A program made the translations under genes and the position numbers. A stretch of DNA of 64,000 bases. Origin: Camelus dromedarius. Its lineage: Eukaryota. Below the pieces are notes generated by a model, which had not been told where the DNA came from, ran no database searches, and saw nothing but the letters and a program-made list of their open reading frames with translations. Below, in pieces: positions 9,986-25,095 of this stretch (positions within the stretch are counted from its first letter, which is position 1; each line of letters opens with the position of its first letter). Where the stretch lies: contig NC_087437.1 of NCBI RefSeq assembly GCF_036321535.1, positions 66,404,001 to 66,468,000 on the forward strand, read 5' to 3'.

Positions 9986-12900
9986 TAAGGATATACCACA
10001 TTTGTTTATCCATTCATCTACTGATAGACATTTGGTTTGTTTCTACCCTCTGGCTATTTTGAATAGTCCTGCTAGGACTATTGTGTACAAGTATGAATTT
10101 GTTTACTTGTTTTCAGTTCTTTGGGGTATTACTGAGTCATACGGTAATTCTATGTTTAACTTTTTGAGAAACTGCCAAACTAGTTTGCACAGTGGCTTGC
10201 ACATTTTACATTCCCATCAGCAGTGTAAAAGGGTTCCTGTTTCTCCACATCCTCACCAATACTTGGTTTCCCTTTTTTTTTTTTTTTAATAGCCATCTTA
10301 GTGGATGTGAAGTGTTTTCTCATTGTGGTCCTAAGCTTATGCAGTATAATGAATCAGGACCTGGTAAATGCTATTTACCTGTTTTCTAATAAATTGCATT
10401 CATACAATTAACAAAAATAAATTGGCTTAGATTTTAGAATATGGTCTTGGAAATATTGGAAGGACTTTTGCAGATAGGCAGTTTTTATACTGTTAAATAA
10501 AAGAATCAACTAAAGTAAAAAGAAGACTCATTTTAAAGAGTAAATAGTTTAATTCAGACTTTATTCATACGTATCTAACATTTACAAGTTAAGGAATGAA
10601 GAATGATATTTTGAGATCAGATTTTTATATTTGCCTAGAATATCAAACATAAATATAGCTCTGTGTATGTCTGAATGTGCATATGTCTTTGAGGAGTTGA
10701 AGAATATTTGAATATTGGGATTTGGTGTGTGTAGGTATGGTTGGCAACCTCTGTGGCTATTAGAGTGTTTATGTGCTTCTGTGGATATCAGTGAGAAGGA
10801 GGATAGGAGGATGTACATGAATCTTTGTATCTATTCAAATAGACCCTGTAAATATATCCTTGAAATGGTTTTTCGTAAAATTAAATGTGTTAAATTGAAC
10901 ATGACATCATTTTGTGATATGGCCCTCCTTTATTAAAGTTTTAAAATGCCGCTCTGTCTTCCAAAACTGGGCTGTGATCACTTAGAGTAGTACTTTCTCC
11001 CTTTCCTTCTGTATCACTATTATATTAAAAACAGTGTTTCTAGATGAGGACACAGCTGTCCAGGGAAGAGGTGTTATTTGATGTCATTTTGTTTGATCCT
11101 CCATATTCTGATTTTGGATCAGTCTTTGCAAATTGTGATCTTGTTTACTAAGGCAAAGATGTAACTGTTATGCAGATGCAACTTTAGAGCATGTACTAAT
11201 TAATAGCAATTAATGGATGATCAGAATAAAACTGGGTAATTGAAGAGGTTGAAGAAGAAGAACCAACTTTCCAGTTGGTTGTATAGTTAGAAAGAACACA
11301 GAGATGGGAACCACTGCAGGGTGTGGGCAGGGGTCATTAGTGAGATTCTGCTGTAGGCGGAATAAAACCTCCCTCCATTCTTAAAGTAAATTTTCAGGAA
11401 GTCTATCTTACTTCTCCCAAATGAACTTAAGATAATCCCTGGTCTGCATATAGTAGGTGCTCAGTGAATGCTTGGGTGAGTGCTACATGCCATGTTAAAT
11501 ACACACAGTATTTATTAATTCATGCAGCCAGTACTTATTGGGCGTTTCTAATATTCCCTTTAGTTGTTAGTTTGGTTGTTTTAATTAGTAAGGTAGACCT
11601 ACCACATGAACAGAACTATGAAGGTTAAACACTCGAGTAAAATATAGTAAAGCTTACAGCTAACTAAAATTTGATGTTTGTTACTGTGCTGTGAGTAAAT
11701 GGCCATAGATGGTAATTAGTATTACTTTCATATAATGAAAACAAGTATTTCTGTGATCAGCTAGAGGAAGAAGAGAGTTGAATAGATATGGGACAGAAAA
11801 CTGAGATCCTTCTGACTTTCTGGATGCATAAATCGGAAGACTGTCACACCTCTCATTTTTCTGGCACTGGGGCTTCAGTGTTCTAGGATCCCCTGACTGA
11901 CAGTATTATCTTCATCCAGGCGCATTGGAAACCTGGACAGACCTTTGGCATAACTGCTTCTCTCCCTTTCCTTCAGTCATTGGATCTCAAAGGTTGGACA
12001 TAACTGACTCAGGCCTTAGGAAGCAGGTAGAATCAGGAAATCTCAACAAAGATCAGTTTTCTCTTTATTTACCAATTCCTTGCCTATTTCAAGGCTGAAA
12101 TATCTTGGGAAATAGGTGATTTTGTATGTTTAAAAGTGAGTCTCCAGCTGATTTCACCACACACATCCCCAATCCCAATTTTCTATCCAATTCTTTTTTG
12201 AGATATTTACAAGTAAAATTATTTTGGCAGGCATTTTCCCCCGTAGGGCACAGGACAGGATTGGGGTTGGGCAGGCGGGAGTGAAGATTATCAACGATTT
12301 ACATTAGTGTGACTTAGTTTGAAGAGCCTACTGCTCTACCACTCAGCTGGGTTATCTGAAGGAGTGGCGTTTTGTAGGGAGATAAGGAGGCGTAATGGCT
12401 TCTTGGTTAGGCCAGAAGGGGAAACTGCTTTTTAAATGAGAGTTAAAACAGGATATTTAGTGGCACCCAGAAAGCAACATGCAAACTCAGGCAGACTTCG
12501 GATGTCTTGGGGTACAGGGATGAGAGTATCTAGACATGAGGAAAGTAATGATGAAATAGAAAGGGGTTCCAGAAAGCAAGTGAAAAGGACAGTAAAAGGA
12601 GGAGTAAGAGAAAAAAGGAAATGGGGAAAGAATCAGAGAAAGAGATTTTAAAATGAGTGTAGAAATGTGTTAAAAGGAAACGATGCGAACAGGGGACTGA
12701 GAACAAGTTATAGATGGGCAACAAAATCAAGTGTTACAGAAGGCCAGCTTATCAAAGGGGTATACTTCCTTCATTTGAAAGCAGTAGATTGCTTATTTAT
12801 AAAATTTATTGTAACTCATTTACGATAATTAGGAGGTTCCATATCTTTGCAGCAATTATTTTCAAGCCAATTTTCCTGTTGTAAAATAGTGATACACATA

Positions 12901-14151
12901 AATGTGGTCAGCCTACCTGCTTATCTGACTTTCTATGTCCTGGACATTTTCTTATAGCCTACCTTATCCTCCGCCACGTCTAAAGTGGGCATAGTATTTC
13001 AACTACCTGAGGTAATGCATTATCTTCTAATATTCTTAAATTACTATAAATCTTGAGTTGAGGGTCTTTGGTTTTAGACTACTGTAATTTACAATAGCAG
13101 GAATAAATTTACATAAGATAGGAACTCTTATAAGTACGATGTGAATCAGATTCTAAAGTGAAACTCAGAGTGCTCTAATTTGCAGTGCTCTCTCCATTTT
13201 TTTAAAACTAAACTTGCCACTTTTATGTGACTATCCATTTTTCTGTTGTGATCTTATGGGTGAAAAATGGCTATAAAAGATCCTTATAAATAGATTTGAG
13301 AAAATTTGGGTATAAATGGATTATTCTGGTAAATAAATGAGAGGTGGAGCTGTTTATACTTATCAAAGGAACTGATGTCAGAATTGTTCTTTAATATTTT
13401 ATAAATAATTTAGAAGAATAAAATTGCTAGGTAAGCTGTACTCTTCTAGATATTGAAATGATAATCCAAAGGAAATAAACTCCAGGGAGAGCTGGAAGAA
13501 ATTCATGAGTGCCACTAAAAGGGGTCAAGTTAGTTTTAGTTCAGCAACTAGAATACTAACAACAAATAATATTGACTGTATTAAAAATTTTAGGATCTGA
13601 ATGAACAGTTATTTATGGGAATTATTTTCATTTTCCCAGAGATTATTTGTTTGGCTCTGCTGCTTTGACCACAGTGCTGGAAGGAATGTGGAATGATATA
13701 TAGCAACAAACAATCAAAAACTAATATCTTAACTTAAAGATAAAACTTAAAGGTCTGTGTGTAGTCTGACAGATACACTCCCAGGAAGACCAGAACACTG
13801 GTGGTATGTAATTTATAACCAAGGCAATAAAGATACGCAGTATTGCATATTGGAAGTAAGTCAGACCTAAAGTCTTGTTCCTGGTCTCTCTCTGACTAGT
13901 TGCAGAACTTGGTCAACAGTATCTCTGAGTTTCCTAATTTAAAAAAATGAGATAGCTGGATTAAAGGATATTCAAGGACACTTAGCTTTAAAATAAAAAT
14001 AAGTTGACTCCAAAATGACAAAGAAAAAATGAGAAATAAAACTAAAAACTTACAGCATGAAACGGTGAGATATGTAAGATCATGTTATAAATGGATACAA
14101 AATAACACAAACTAGTTCCCCTAGAATTCAACATATTAGCAGTACATACTG

Positions 14152-14275
14152 TTTGTGGGGGATGATGGGGATGTAATTAGGTTTATTTATTTATCTTTAA
14201 TGGAGGTACTTGGGGTTGAACCCAGGACCTCGTGCTTGGTTAAGCATGCACTTTACTGCTGAGCTGTATCCTCCC
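14152..14275 (-). mobile_element. tRNA-derived SINE (Vic-1-like), antisense
   Basis: Reverse complement of the 7709 family (gtaattaggtttattt...gaacccaggacctc...ctgagctgtatcctccc), with a degraded TSD around tacatact. Confidence 0.85.
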
Positions 14276-16821
14276 TAATACATACTATTTTTGGATGCTC
14301 AAAAAGGTTGTTTAATTGAATGAAAGAACTCATTGTAATGGTTCATTTATTACACTTCATCAGGAATGGAGTTCTGAGTGTAAAATTTTCAGGTTACTGA
14401 AGCTTATTCTTTTTAATCCCTAGGACTTCTAAAATACTACCATTTTGCTAAATAACTTCTAAAATATATCATTACTATAAATGTAGTACAAAAAATGATT
14501 TCACACATTTTTGGGTGACTAGTATAAATTATGATACCTCTTCTTGGACATTTCCAAGGCAAAGTAGTTATGGGTTTGTGCAGGTATCATGTAGTTCACA
14601 CAGGAAAGACTGTTAATGTTACCAGATAGCAGGAGCAAGCCTTGTAAGTTATTTACTGTTTGTCCGATCTTTTGATTAGTTAAGTGTTTGTTTATTTTTC
14701 TGAATAAGTATGGAGTATGTAGGCAACATAAGGAGGTTCGTCAGAGATTTTGAAATTGTTAGGGGAGAAGCAGTTATGATGGGTTTACTTGGTCATCTAA
14801 AAAATATATCCAAGTAAGCAGCATTAGAATTCAATATGTATAAGATTAAGGTGCACCATCCTAGCATTTGAATTACTATTCAAAAAAAAAAGTGCACAAA
14901 TGAAACAGGCACGCTGTTGTTAAGTCATTTAGACCATATTGTGAAGAGAGGGGGAAAAATGGCAGTTTTAACTATATAGGTAACTGCTGACAACTTTCAT
15001 TTATATTTAAGAGACCTGATACACACATGAAGACCTCACACTACTTGTAGAAGAAAAAGAAAGTCTGTCTCTTTTTGAGACTTCTTTCTGGGGGTCTGCA
15101 GGTTGAGCTCTTTCCAAGCTAGCAAAGAAAGATTTCCCTTCCACCTGATGACTAGTCTTTTATTATCACTGTAAGAGTAGGTCTAGTCAATATAGGGTTG
15201 ATTTCTTCCCTCTGGTTTATACATTGATTGTTTTTCTCAAATTTATCCTCAGCTTTCACACAACACAGTTTGAACAAACATATATACCTCTTTCCACCCC
15301 TACCCCCACACAACTCCTGCAAATTAAAAAAAAAAAAAAAAAACTAGGAAAGTTTCTTACCCTGCCCCTTCTTATCAATAAATTTGGAAACTTTATATTT
15401 TGAAGAAGGGAAACTTCAGGTTTTGCCAACTAGATTTAGGTTTTGTTGGGTTTTTGTTTTTGTTTTTGTTTTTAAGATTCCTTTACTTACAGCAGTCTTT
15501 TCATGGGAATTTCTCTTCTATAGTTTGTAGTGTAAACAATGCAGCAAGATTTAGTTAAGCAAGTTTGATTAACCTCTTGGTTGGTTGATATCTATCTTGG
15601 TTGGTTTATTGATACCTATGTTAAAATTTACGTTGCTTTTGTTAAAGCTGTGGTTATGTTTTGATGACAGAGTACATAATGATTGATATACCATCAAAAC
15701 ATTCATAATGTTTCCTAATAAACTACTATGTGATTTTTTTTTTGATGAATAGTTTTATGGCATCTGCAGTTGGTTGAATATATCCTTATCATGCATGAAG
15801 TTTTCTAAAACCTTCTGGAACCTGTTGCCATTTTGTTTTGAACCATGTCTTTGGGGTGACACAATCTATCTCTTATCCTCTCACCTCTTCTCTAAAGCCA
15901 GCTCCGCTTCAGTATTATTGGCTTCCTTGTTTCCTTAATTATCCCCCTACTGAAGCCTCACACACGTATTTAGTAAATAAATATTAACTTTTCATTTTCA
16001 ATCTCTTCTCTTCTTCACTCCTTATTCTCTGCCTTCAAGAATACATATACTTTCCTGATTCTGAAAAGTTCTATTACTTTGCTCTTGCTGTCCTCCAACA
16101 TGCCATTCTTTTTTTTTTTTTTTGCATTATTTCACTGCATTTTATATTCATACTCATTGCCTCCATTTCCTTCCTATTCAGTGCCACGAATAGAGAGGAA
16201 TATTGGGAGAAGGTTGTAATTGTTGTATGCAAAAAACAATTATGAACATTTTGAACTAACTGTGACAGCCCCATAGAAGTGCCCATCATCTGTTTCCACA
16301 AAAGGGACAGATATGTAGTGTAAAGAACAGGACTTTAGTACATGGAGGCTTCCTCATTCACACAGGCAAAAGCTACAACAGTTAACAAGCTCTACAAATT
16401 AGGGAAGAGCTAATGGATGGAAAGCAATGGACCTTAAGGAGTGTCTGTAATTAAGAAGAGGAAAGGGGCAATGATATATAGAAGTTGGAGAGCTATATGT
16501 GGTTGTCCAGTTTAGAATTCCTTAACTTTTTGGGTGTTTGACTCAAAGCATTTCACAGAAGTCCTCACAGAGGCTGTCCACTGGCCACTCTAGGTTAAGA
16601 ACCTAGTCTTTTTAATTGTTTTCATGGATTTTATTTACCTCACCCCTATGTCATTAGATGCGATGAAGCCTCCAGGATCCCATAGCTTCTCTTTTTTAGG
16701 GGGTCATCTTCTTTTCTTTACTCTTGCCCATCTTTGACTTTCATTAGTTACCCCTCTTTCTCTACCAAAGTCCGAGATGACTGTCTACTACCTAGAGAAA
16801 AAGAGTATTGTTTTTTTCAAG

Positions 16822-16823
<2 letters not shown>

Positions 16824-16853
<30 letters not shown>
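16824..16853. repeat. (GT)15 microsatellite
   Basis: Read directly from the sequence. Confidence 0.95.
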
Positions 16854-16855
<2 letters not shown>

Positions 16856-17956
16856 ACGTACACATGCATGCATGTATACATACATACATACTCCATTATC
16901 CAGAATAAGACACAAAACCACCATGGCTCTTGAGTGGACTACAGATACACAGAAGGGTAGGTGATCTAGTAAGAGAGAGTAAATGAATGAGAGAAAATAG
17001 GCAGCATGGACCTTAAGTAGCGTGACTACAGACCTCTGATGTTCAGTTTATTTTAAAGATTATCTTAATAATGGCTTTGTCAAAATGTCTTGTATTAAAA
17101 CCTCTGTTCATCTTTTCCTTTTTTAGATTTTTCTTTTAGATGCTGGGCACATGGGCATAGAGATCTTTTAGTTTAAAAATGCCTCTGTCCTGAATCGGTT
17201 GAATGCCTTTCTTGCCAGCTAGTTTGTACAATTATCCTTCCATTTTCTATTTCTGTTGAACCAGGCAGACAACTGTCTTTTTATCTGTCTATCCAGAGAC
17301 CTAACACACTCTTTCATGCTCAGTATTATTAGATGGATGAAGGTGTGGGTGGGTAGATGGATGGATTTTAAAGAGGCTTTTCTATTTTAGATTTTAATCT
17401 TAATTGGGATGGTAAATCTGCCTTTCTTTTAGGTTACTGAAGAGTAACTCCCACATCCTGCATCTATTTTTATTCCTAGAACCATAAACTCATCAGCCCT
17501 CACAGTTATGAGATTCTCTTGTTTTCCTTGGTATAAGATTGTGGGTTAAAATTGTACTGACATGAAGTAAAACTGCGTAAGGTCTTTTTGTTCCTCAGTG
17601 AGACCAGCTACTAAAGCTGATTATGGAAAAACAGCATCTCTTTGAACCTGATCATTAGGGTAGTGGTTTTCCAATTGTCTTTCCCAGGGAGGATTATTAT
17701 TTGATGAACTGACCTAAGTCTTCTCGTTTAAGGAGAAAAGAGAATGAATAGTCTTCTCTTAGTTTAGAGCTTTTCCTCCAATTCATTTTTCATAAATCTA
17801 AACATTAGCATATTACTTCTTTTTACCAGGTTATCATTTAGTATCTGATTTAGTACAAAATTTAGATATTTAGGCACCAAGTTGAATAAATCAACATTAC
17901 CAGAGGCATTGCACCAGAAAATATTTTTAAAGTACTGCATTAAAACACTGTATCCC

Positions 17957-18143
17957 TTGCTAGGGGCTGGAAGGAGGAATGAAAGGGGAGTAATTGCCTA
18001 AATGTTTCCCTTTGAGGTGATGAAAATGTTTTGAAACTACATAGGAGGTGATGGTTGTACAACATTATGAATGTACTAAAATGCCACAAAATTGTACACT
18101 TTAAAATGGTTAATTTTATATATGTGAATTTTACTTGAAAGAA
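17957..18143 (+). mobile_element. L1M (L1MB-like) 3' UTR fragment
   Basis: ggtgatgaaaatgttttgaaactac...gatggttgtacaacattatgaatgtactaa...tgtacactttaaaatggttaatttta. Confidence 0.8.
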
Positions 18144-19050
18144 AACACTATTGCCTAACTTTTTTTAGTCTGTGCCATAACTGAATTGCTTGTAACTCAG
18201 AGGATATGTCTTCCTGTAGCTGGTGTGGTCTTACAATGATTCCTTCAAATTGTGACACTTGTTAGAGTGAAAATGAGCACTCACTAGTTAAATGCCAGAA
18301 CGAAAGAATAAACCAGGGTTTTATCCCAGGCAGACTGGAAGAACAGTCACATTACTAAAGTTAACACCAGATGTTTATATGTACAAGCTTACCACCATTT
18401 TTGCTATTATCTTAAAATTATTTCTCAAGGCTGATAAACAGAACTGGATTCTTCAAAGAACGCTAGTTTGTATACAGTTGACAGAAAATTGCCATGTGCA
18501 AATAAAAGCCTATTTCAGACTTAAAAAGTAACAATTTTACTAAGTTAAAAAGCAAAATAGGGTTGAATAAAGACATTCTTATTTTTAATAAAAGTAATGA
18601 GACTTTGAACAGATATTTCCACTAGTGTTTGGATAAATCTTAGCTGCCATTGAGTAAGCTGGTCTGTGCATGCAGACATACAGAGTACAGTTATATTCTC
18701 TTTTCTGTGACACCATCACCCTCAATCCCTACAATCAAATACTGTCAGAGTAGTATAGGGAAACCCAGTATGTTAAAGTTAATGAAAAATGGAAATATAT
18801 CTTATTAATATGCTTACCCCCAAACTTTTGGCGAGTATCTTCCCTGAGGATATCTTCAGTTCTCTGAAGATAGTGCCTTTTAGCAGATAGCACCTTTGTT
18901 AAGTATCACAACATTTCTCTGGGCTTTCTCTATATGTTAATTACTAGCTCATTGATTGATTTTTCAGTTGTAAATTTATCATGTCTTTTTTTGTTGTTAA
19001 ACTGGTGTTTTAATGCTGTTATCATCTGTTTTGTATTATCAATAAAATAG

Positions 19051-19215
<165 letters not shown>

Positions 19216-21489
19216 TAAGTCTCTTCTATAAAACATATTCTGCTTTTTTTCCTCTGTTTTATCATCACATTTGATGAATGTGAACATTTAGTACCTTCCA
19301 AGTTTCAGAAACACAGCACAGCCAAAAGATTATGAATAATATGTTTCTTTATTTCTGAAAAGCACAGAAGGACCCCATAAATAAAGGTATACAATATCTC
19401 ATTCTAATGTTATGTCACTTTAGTTGTTATGTTAAAAGTCATACTTTCCATCTAATTTCTTGATTAATATATATCAGATGAGATGCTTAATAAGCAGAAA
19501 GCAATCTGTACAAATGTAATGTTGAAGATAATTCACTTTAGTTCCATCACTCTGAATGTAAATTATATTAATATACTGATAGGCAAATTTTGCAAAAAGT
19601 ATGAAATATAGGTTGATATAATTTGATCATTTGAAAGGGCTAAAACTGCAATGCAAATACATTTAACTACGACTTAGATCAGAATATGACTAAACCTTAT
19701 CTATTGAAAAAAAAAAATGCCCACACAGTCTCCCAGTTTAGAGCTCAGGTACGCTGTGGTCCCTTAGCTATCTAATGTTGGGGCCTGATTTAGCAAGAAT
19801 CACTACATTATAGATATTCTGAAAATACCAAACCCTTGAATGAATTGAAGGTCCTCCGAAGGACGGCTGGATGCTGTTTAAAATGAAGTTAGACATATAA
19901 TAGCTAGTACAGTTGGGCTCAGAATTCGGAACCCTTTTTTCCCCCCACAAAAAGCAGATGTCAGGAGCTGATTCTGTTTTCATTTCATCATCTACTACAT
20001 TGAACTAAGTTGGGTCAGACCCATTTTTGCCCAAGGGCATTTATGCTACAGGAGATAAAATCTTTCGTTACTAGTTCTTAGCATTCAGTAGTCAGGTCAA
20101 AATCTATCCCGTTTGACACAAAGTTATTTGTTCCTGTCCGATCTTCATCTTTAGGGTATTGTTAACAAAGATGTAAAACATTTCGTTCTAATCCATGTCC
20201 TATCTTCATTCCAGAAAAAGTCAAGAAAGAAGGGTCTTTTTTCTAGTTCTAGTTTCATCAGCATTAGCTACCTTGAGAAAGTCATTTGAACTTTAATAGT
20301 GTTCTCAATCTATAAAGTGAGTGACAATATTCTCCAGAGTGATAAAGTACAAATCAAATATGTACTGAAATGTGCTTTGACTTTTTAACGTGTAAAAATA
20401 GGGTTTTTTTGTTATTTTAACTATAACCTTATTTAGAAGACAAAATTGCTTAAATGAACTATTAATAAACTTAATAAGTCACTAGTCCAAGTTAGATTAC
20501 ATTGATTGTTCAAACCATTAAATAGGCCCTAACCCTGAACTAACAAGAGTTATTTGTTGAGCTAGTTTCTAGGAATTGTTTTAGACTATGAATAAAAATG
20601 AGAATTTTGATTGATAAATTTTGGGTAATTTTAAATGATTTTCTTAATGTGAAATACTAAACTAGTTTAATGATTGCAAATAAGGTTTTGGGCAAATTGT
20701 CTGCCTGGTAGGAGCCTAGTGTAACCTGATTTTTATGTTGCTTTGATACATACAGGTTACAGCAGTTATCAAAAAATATTTAATTGTAACCTACACATTC
20801 TAATAGCTATTGAAATCAGATTTCAATATATATATGGAGATTTGACATTGGACTTTGATCCTCAGAGTTTAATTCAATGTTGAAGTGAATCAGGGTGTGA
20901 GGAATTTAATAGAGGTATGCTTGAAGGCAGAGCTACAATCAGCTTACAGAAATGCATACCTTGAGTATCTTAATAGTTACCAAAGAGGATTTCAGATACT
21001 GCTCTCAGCTTCCTAGTGACTACAGTAAATAAAGAAATGATATCTGTTGAAATTTTCCTATTGTTCATTATTAGATAAAAAGCACACTGGTGGCTTAGGA
21101 GACGCAAAGTGTTTCTGGCCCTGCTGTTTGGGAAGTATTTCTCCCTTAGGGCCTTAGATTTGGTACTGGGAGAGAGTAAATGAAGTTCTCGTCGTCATTT
21201 CAGTAATAAATGTCATAGTGAGTTTCATATGGATACTTTAAGTGCCCTTCAGTGTAAGCCAAAGGCATAACACCACAGTATAGTTAAAGGAAAATGGTTT
21301 TCTTTGGGGCCAAAGTTGTGAGAGCCAAGTAATGTCACCAAACATGCTTCAGGAAACACCCCTTTAGGTCAAGGGATTGACAGCTGCCTGTGTTTAAGTA
21401 AATATATATATGCATATTTAAAATAAGAATTTGGCAGTGTAAGTTGTATTCTTTAGTAAAACTTTAAAATATACATGCTCTTTGTTACC

Positions 21490-21600
21490 TTTCTTAGCTT
21501 CAGTTTCTTCATCTGTAAAACAGGAATAGTAAATACCTACTACATAGAGTTGTGAGAAGTAAGATATAATATGTACAAAGTGCTTAGCATTCAGTCATAC
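21490..21600 (+). mobile_element. MIR SINE core
   Basis: cttcagtttcttcatctgtaaaacaggaata...aaagtgcttagca. Confidence 0.75.
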
Positions 21601-24154
21601 CGCAGACCTTCAGTGAAGGAAAACTGCTACACTATTTTTATTATTGTTTTTACCAAGTAAGGACAGAAGTGTTAAAAACCAGCTATGTGGAAGGCAGCGT
21701 TGACATCCATCGTATTATAAAAAGAGGAACCTATGACTCTCTTCACCGCATCTCTCCACCCAGGCAGTGAGGGAACGAACGTGTGCAGACATGGCTGGAG
21801 CTTTTCTCACAAAGCATTTTTGAGTCTGCTCCAAGGTGCAAAGAAGCAAACTCAGGCTACCAAACCTCAGACCTTAAAGGTCTGAACCTGGAAGTTTTTC
21901 AAATACAAAATTTTCAAAATCAGAAATTTCTAATCACCCCTGCTAGCTGCAGCACCGCAGTAATATAACCCAAATGCCTTTGGGTGAATTAATTTGCAGT
22001 ATGTGCCTCTAACCAAATAACTGGCTTACTTAGTTGATTTAATGGGGAATGTAATACATCAAAATAGTATTTTAGAGCTGGAGCCACTTTTAGTTTATGG
22101 CAATCATATCAACAAGAAGCAGAATACTTAGTTCATTACCCTGAGACTGTTCCTCCTAGTCCTCTGTAAATGGTTTTGGATCACTAAGGTCCAAATTCAG
22201 AAGAGAGCCTAACCCTGAAATTATCTTCTGATCTGTTAAAATACCATTTCCGCTGATACTCAGCACCATTGAAGTTCAGGGTCTGTCACACATTGTGTCT
22301 TGAGCAAGATCAGAATACAGAGACCCCTAGATGACTGCCTCAGAAGCTTTCATGAACTTTATAGCTGGCTTAAATAAGAAAGGAATTTTGCAACATTTAT
22401 ATTGATCTAGGAGCAAAGCTAAATCCTGAAGTAGATGGGGTAAAAGCAGAACAGAGTAGAATGATGACGTGGCCATCAACTATGATCATGCTGACTACAT
22501 GATCATGAAATAAGCTTTGGATTTTAGTTAATTTCTGTTGATAGCCAAAGCTATTAATGGCATTCAGATATTTAGATCTACCTGAATTTTAAATACATTG
22601 TAGGCAGAAATCTCAATTTATCATCTGTATTGCTACTTCTGGAAAAGCAAAGAAAATAGACCTTTTCTTATCCAGATTGTGGCCTAAAGGTTATTATTCT
22701 GTGGTCTAAAGGTGAGATTATTTTGGGAGTATATAGATAGTTGTTATTCTCTAGGCTCTCCAGAAGAACTTTGACTGGTACAGTAAAATACCACAATAAT
22801 AGATTTTTTTCTCACTTTTCTTGAAAATGGTGAAGATAGTGTTTCTGTCAGTTTGATGACATTAATACTGAGAAAACTATTTTTGCAAATGTTTCAACTG
22901 CTCTTTCCATGTGTTGTATTCACAGTTCAGGCAGTGACCATAGGCGAATTGATAAAGACCTGTTGGAATTGTTAACTGTGTATAACAAAAGCCATCAGAA
23001 CAGTTCATACTTTCATAGTCACTAATCCCAGGTTAGAGATCTTAACTTCAGGATACATCTAATAGAAGGGAGAAAGCTACATGTACAGAGATATGAATAG
23101 GAATAATTACATAATAACAAAAGGAGTGCCAATAAGATCTGAATGGTCAATAGTAGGAAGTGTTTCAATACATTATAAAATCTCCATTTTTATGTAACCA
23201 TAAAAAATAATTATTATGAAACTTAACATTTGTGGAAATATTCATCTTAATTTATGTGGAGAAAAATCTAAAAATTTTGTGTAGCATGTTGGCATTTGTG
23301 CCAAAACTTGTGTTTGCATATAGATAGGAACTAGATAGAAATACACAACAATTAAAACAGTTACGTTAAATTAGTAGGTATGGATGTTGATTTTTTTTGT
23401 TTGTTTTTCTCAAAAACTTCTCATTTTTAAAAATTGTTTTTAAAATACCTCAGTATCTGGGGGCATTATAATTGAGCATGGCTCAGAGTGACATGAGAAA
23501 CTCCAAAGAAGTACACATACTACTCTTGGTCCCTAAAGTATAATTTCTTATTTCAATATTTGTATCTGGTTTTTCTCCATACCCACAACAGATCTTCTCA
23601 TTCATTCCATTTGGAAGACCATTCATCTGGACCATCTAGACTAATAAATCTTGAGAAATTATAGTCTTACTAATCAAATGGGAACCCCTTTAGAGATCAT
23701 CTGGTCCAATGCCAAATGAGTTAAGTGTGACATGTGATTGGGAATTTTAGCTAGAGCAGTATTCTATTTTGTATGTTAGTCTTTTGGATAAGGTTTCTTT
23801 CAGTGCAGTGGTTCTGCTATTAAAACAAATTTGAAAACCACTGATTTCATTTCACTTTTTTTTTTCCTTTTTCAGTTTTACTAGGTAGAATGTAGAATTA
23901 TTATAGTTTGCATATATACATTATATTGCGTGTAAATACGTATATACAGTATACTGCACATTTTTTTAAGTTTATATATATGTGCTAATTACTGTTTCTA
24001 AGAACAGATTAGATCTTTAGCTTTTTAAACTTATAGTGTTATCAAAGGAATGAAGCCAACTACAAAATAAGAATCAACGGAATGAGATAATCTAATCATC
24101 AAGGACAGTCAAATGTACTTACACATATTCAGGGAATCAAAATAATAATTAGTA

Positions 24155-25095
24155 AGACCAGATACTGTAAAACTCCTAGAGGAAAACAGGCAAAACACTC
24201 ACGAACATACGTTACACCAATATATATTTTTGGACCAGCTCCTGGAGTATTGGAAATAAAAGCAAAAATAAACAAATGAGATCTAATTAAACTTAAAAGC
24301 TTTTGCACAGCTAAGGATACCGTCAACAAAATGAAAAGACAACCTACAGAATGGGAGAAAATATTTGTAAATGATGCGACTGACAGGGGACTAATTTCTA
24401 AAATATACAAACAGCTCGTAGACCTTAATATCAAAGAAAAAAGCAACGCAATCCAAAAATGGGCAGAAGACCTAAACAAGCAATTCTCCAATGAAGACAC
24501 AAATGGCCAATAGGCACATAAAAAAATACTCAGTATGGCTAATTGTCAAAGAGATGCAGATCAAAACTACAATGAGATACCATCTAACACCAGCCAGACT
24601 GGCCATCATTGAAAAGTCTACAAATGATAGATGCTGGAGTGGATGCGGAGAAAAGGGGACCCTCCTACACTGTTGGTGGGAGTGTAGATTGGTGCAGCCA
24701 CTGTGGAGGACAGTATGGAGGTTCCTTAAAAAACTGAAAATAGACTTACCATGTGATCCAGCAATTCCACTCCTGGGCTTATATCCAGTGAAAAATAAAA
24801 TTCAGAAAGACACATGCACCCATTGTTCATAGCAGCACTGTTTACAATAGCCAAGAAATGGAAACAACCCAATGTCCATCAACAGATGACTGGATAAAGA
24901 AGATGTGGTACATATATACAATGGAACACTACTCAGCCATAAAAAAGAATAAAATAATGCCATTTGCAGCAATATGGATGGACCTGAAGATTGTCATTCT
25001 GAGTGAAGTGGGCCAGAAAGAGAAAGAAAAATGCCATATGGCATCTTTTAATGAGGAATCTAAAAAATAAGAAGAAGAACACAAATGAATTAATT
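24155..25095 (+). mobile_element. L1 ORF2 3' end / 3'UTR start, frameshifted relic
   Basis: ORF fragments [12 protein letters not shown]..., [15 protein letters not shown]...[10 protein letters not shown] and WIKKMWYIYTMEHYSAIKK lie in different frames. Confidence 0.93.

Larger units (their letters stand above)
8983..10330 (-). mobile_element. Old L1M (L1MB-like) 3' region, interrupted by a young L1 and an MLT1A LTR
   Basis: Antisense L1M 3'UTR/ORF2-end motifs (ccctggcaaccacc...ttcattcctttttatggc...ttcccatcagcagtgta...ccacatcctcaccaa). Confidence 0.8.

Noticed and set aside
24129..25070. L1 ORF2-like peptides as a functional gene
   Set aside because: Fragmented across frames with stops; a truncated relic.
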